Part shown: positions 60,549-64,000 of the stretch, piece by piece | Numbering within the stretch: the first letter of the stretch is position 1 | Layout: the number at the start of each line of letters is the position of its first letter | Origin: Lingula anatina | Lineage: Eukaryota > Animalia > Brachiopoda | Length of the DNA: 64,000 nucleotides | Assembly: GCA_051362555.1 (NCBI GenBank) | Contig: CM120640.1 | Span: 26,646,225 to 26,710,224 of the forward strand | Direction of reading: 5' to 3' | The notes under the pieces: generated by a model | The model's database searches: none | Told to the model about the DNA's origin: nothing | Seen by the model: only the letters and a program-made list of their open reading frames with translations | Translations under genes and position numbers: made by a program

Positions 60549-63108
60549 CACTGGAAATGTAGTGCAAAAATATATACTGAGACTGGTGACATTGAAAGTG
60601 CATTTTGTGACTGGGACGGGTCATTTTGTAAGGAGTTGCATGCCGTTTTAGCTGTAGGACTGAAGGCCAAGGGGAGCAGAGGAGAAAATATTAGATTTAT
60701 TTCAGTGGATATTTATATTTTATTGTAGTGAATGCAACTGTTACCTCAAACAGGGTGCTTCAGGATAGAGAGTTTTTTTATTTAGCATCTTTAAGTTGCA
60801 AACACAGGTGTGCATTTTACTCAACACCTGAGCATTTTTATTAAGAAAATAAATTTGAAAGATGAGGCTGAAGCAGAAGGGCAATATGTTAGTTGACCAT
60901 GCACAGCTGTCAAGGTACGGCCTTGTCCTCTGGTATAAATGCAGACAAGTCATGAGTACAGAAGTGAGTCGACTCTTTACTTATACTCACATATGCTCTT
61001 CTACATAAAACAGTAGTTTTAGATTGCATGCATTGCTCTTATTCATGTTTTACACAGTATTAGTGGTCACACTATTACTTGGATTCCTTCATCAAGCATA
61101 AAGCTTTCATGTAATTCATGTAATATAAAAATAACTTTTTTTCATGACCAGTTTCCATTAAGATGTTAAAGCTGGTGCGTAAAGGGCTAGGTCAAGTTAT
61201 TAGTAGAACAAGGTCACATGCAGTTATTATTATCCTCATTGTTATTAGATAACAACAACAATTAACACCATATTTTAGTAATGTGTTTTCTGCTACTAAG
61301 CCAAACATGTTGCTAAGGATTTCACCTTCTATAAATGAACCATGAATTGGTAACTTTTAATTTAATTTAGTTCAGATCTGTATTGCCTTTTAGACTTAAG
61401 CATTTACCATTTACATATTGTAAAGAAAAATATTTATTAGTAGTTTGAGTTAACATCTCTCATAAAGAATAGTGCATGTTATTGTTATTAATGTAACTGA
61501 AGATTATTACATTTTAAGTCTTACCCCAAACTACTGTTGTAATTAAAAACTTGCAAGTATTGTTGTAGCAGGTTAAGTTGCATTGCTCTCAATTATGCTA
61601 AGATACAGTATAAAATGGTGAACAAATGAATTTTTTTGTATTAGTACAAAGTGACAGCATTTGAACATAAAAAAGCCTTCTATATTTAAAAGTGAAATCC
61701 CAGGTTTTTACAGTCATAGAAAACATTTATGATATTATCATCCAGCATCATTCCAGTATTATTTTATTGATCATTCATTTTTACAAACTGTAGCATATAA
61801 CGAAGTTTTGTGTTTTGTTGTATTGATCATAGAGAAATGTAGTTGCATGATAATCACTTTATAGATTTCATCATGAATTTGTAGATTAAAAAAAATTAAA
61901 AACTAGGTTGGTTGAAATCCGATTTAGGTCTTGCAGGTTTAAAAAATGTTCTAGTCCAAAATCTTGTTTTTCTGGTTATCATATGTAAATCAAAGAGAAG
62001 GAAAACATTTTTGACCTGCTTCCTCCAGGATCAGAAATCGACACTAATTCGATTTTAATACTTATGTTCATAGGTGCATTGATAAGTATTCTTTGACTTT
62101 CGTAGTCAACTCAAAACATAAAAATGTTATAGGTGAGATTCACTTGAACATGTTGCTCATATCTTGTTCCCAATTTGATTATTTTCATAAGGATTGTATA
62201 TGCAAACATATCACTGCCAGACTTAACTGGCATACTCTCCATAACAGTATTGCACTCAGATCTTCATTCACTTGCAGTTCAAATAAAGGACAGGGTAATA
62301 TCAGTGCTGAGTTTGAGTTATTGTTGTCTTTCAGACCTTGACTTACTGCTGTGTATTCAAAGATGACACATAAACCATATTATATCCTTAATGTTTTTAT
62401 AGCATGCTTTTGCATTGTTGGTTGTGGTTTGTATGCTTACTTGTCATACAATCATGGTCAAGCCAATGCCAAATTAAGAGCCTAGATTCTGTAAGCAGTG
62501 TCCAAAGCCGAATAGTTCAAAATAATGTTTAAAAAAAACGTGAATGTGTTCATTCCTGTTTTATAAAATCAAATTTGAAGTCGGTATTTGATTTAGAAAA
62601 ATTATTTTGAATGCTTTGCAAACATACCTCCCTTTTCTTCAAACATACACATTTGATTATTGTGGTAGAGAAGTTTTCTAGCTGTCAGCACAATGGAACC
62701 ACTAATAAAACACGGGAACTTTAATAAAATGTTATGAACACTACCTATACTTTCATTTATCATTGAAATGATTTTGCTTTTAAATTGTCTTTATTGTCAC
62801 GGGGAAAAATGCGCCAATGTGACTACTTCAATACATGTAATGATAATACCAAATTACTAATAACCAATAGTTGTAATAATTATACTCAATTTTTCCATTG
62901 ATTTCACTAAACTAAAATTCAAATGGCTCCACCTTTTCTGATGCTCTGATTATCTTAAAGTTGATCCTGTATAAAGATGCAAATTTTGGGCTTAAAAAAG
63001 CAACTAAATTACATTTTTCAAAAAGAGGGGGAACCAATTTTATAGCAGGAATTTTCCAGATATCTTAGCTACATCACACTCTGCTAGTCTTGCTGTCCAC
63101 TAGAAATT

Positions 63109-63141
<33 letters not shown>

Positions 63142-64000
63142 AAAGGTATACTATCTGTGCTTGAAAAACGCCCCAAAGTCATATTTTCTATGACTTCATT
63201 TCCTGCAAAGCTACTTCTCTTTCCCACTGCAGATGCTATAAATGCTAAACCTCCCCAAATTAAAGTTCCTGGCGAAATGTTTACCTTTGAAATGTACTGA
63301 AAGAAATGGTGGTCCAAGTGGATAACTGGTCAGTAATTTAAAACTTATTAAATAAGAAATGTAAAAAAAAACATCAAATCCAAATGCAGGGACACGTCGA
63401 GCAATATTTTGTGATTGAAGATAACACCTTTTTATTGAGGATAATTTGATTTGGCAGGAAAATCTCTGACAGGATAACTTTTATAATAGGTGCACAAAAC
63501 AGTTATGGTAAAAAATTTGTGTAAAGATAAAAAATATCCTGATTTGAGTCCTCTTTTCTCATAAAGAATTTTATTTTGACTGAATCCCCCCCCCCACATC
63601 ACATTTTAAAAATCAATGTAACAATATCTTTTAAGAGCCAAAGTTAATCATTGACAATATCAAAACAATAATTTCTCATATTTACCAGATATTAGCACAA
63701 ATGGATGTGCAATTTGACACACATATATTGCACATTGCTTTTGCCATTAAACTACAGACATCAGACAATAAATATGCAGGTGGAATGTTATAACATGCAT
63801 GTTCATCTTTCTTAATTTCATACAGCATTAAATTCAGCTTGCAATTTCTTATGAAGCTGGTTATAATTGAAAACGTACCCGACGTTAAGATCTTTTGAAT
63901 CATACTTCAATGTAACAATTACAATAACGGTTAATTTTCACAAATTTCTCTCCACCTGATAAAAGTTAACACATATATATGCTTGGACTGCTCTATCAAG

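Overview
AT-rich, intron-containing animal DNA. The gene structures, LINE ORF1 remnant and MITE/SINE types suggest a marine invertebrate, probably a mollusc or other lophotrochozoan (inference). Seven protein-coding genes were spliced together by hand: (1) the 3' part of the DEAH-box helicase DHX34 (+, 43-13553); (2) a 9-exon, 587-aa secreted, divergent Repulsive Guidance Molecule (RGM)-like protein (+, 16786-21236) with an acidic/basic N-terminal extension, GVSH in place of the GDPH autocleavage site and no evident GPI signal; (3) a two-exon FoxQ2 gene (-, 23772-25137), tail-to-tail with the RGM-like gene; (4) an intronless GLUT8/TRET1-like sugar transporter (-, 34193-35602); (5) FAHD1 (+, 35671-37149), whose ATG is separated from the transporter ATG by only 68 bp; (6) CTC1 of the telomere CST complex (-, 37773 to ~50444), possibly lacking its first OB domain; (7) a calponin/transgelin (myophilin/Mp20-like) gene (+, 51718-60548). 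The best candidate for a novel system is the RGM-like gene plus FoxQ2, with an exact Smad1/5-Smad4(-Schnurri) BMP-response element (GGCGCC-N5-GTCTG) in the spacer between their 3' ends. All homology calls come from recalled motifs; no database search was run.
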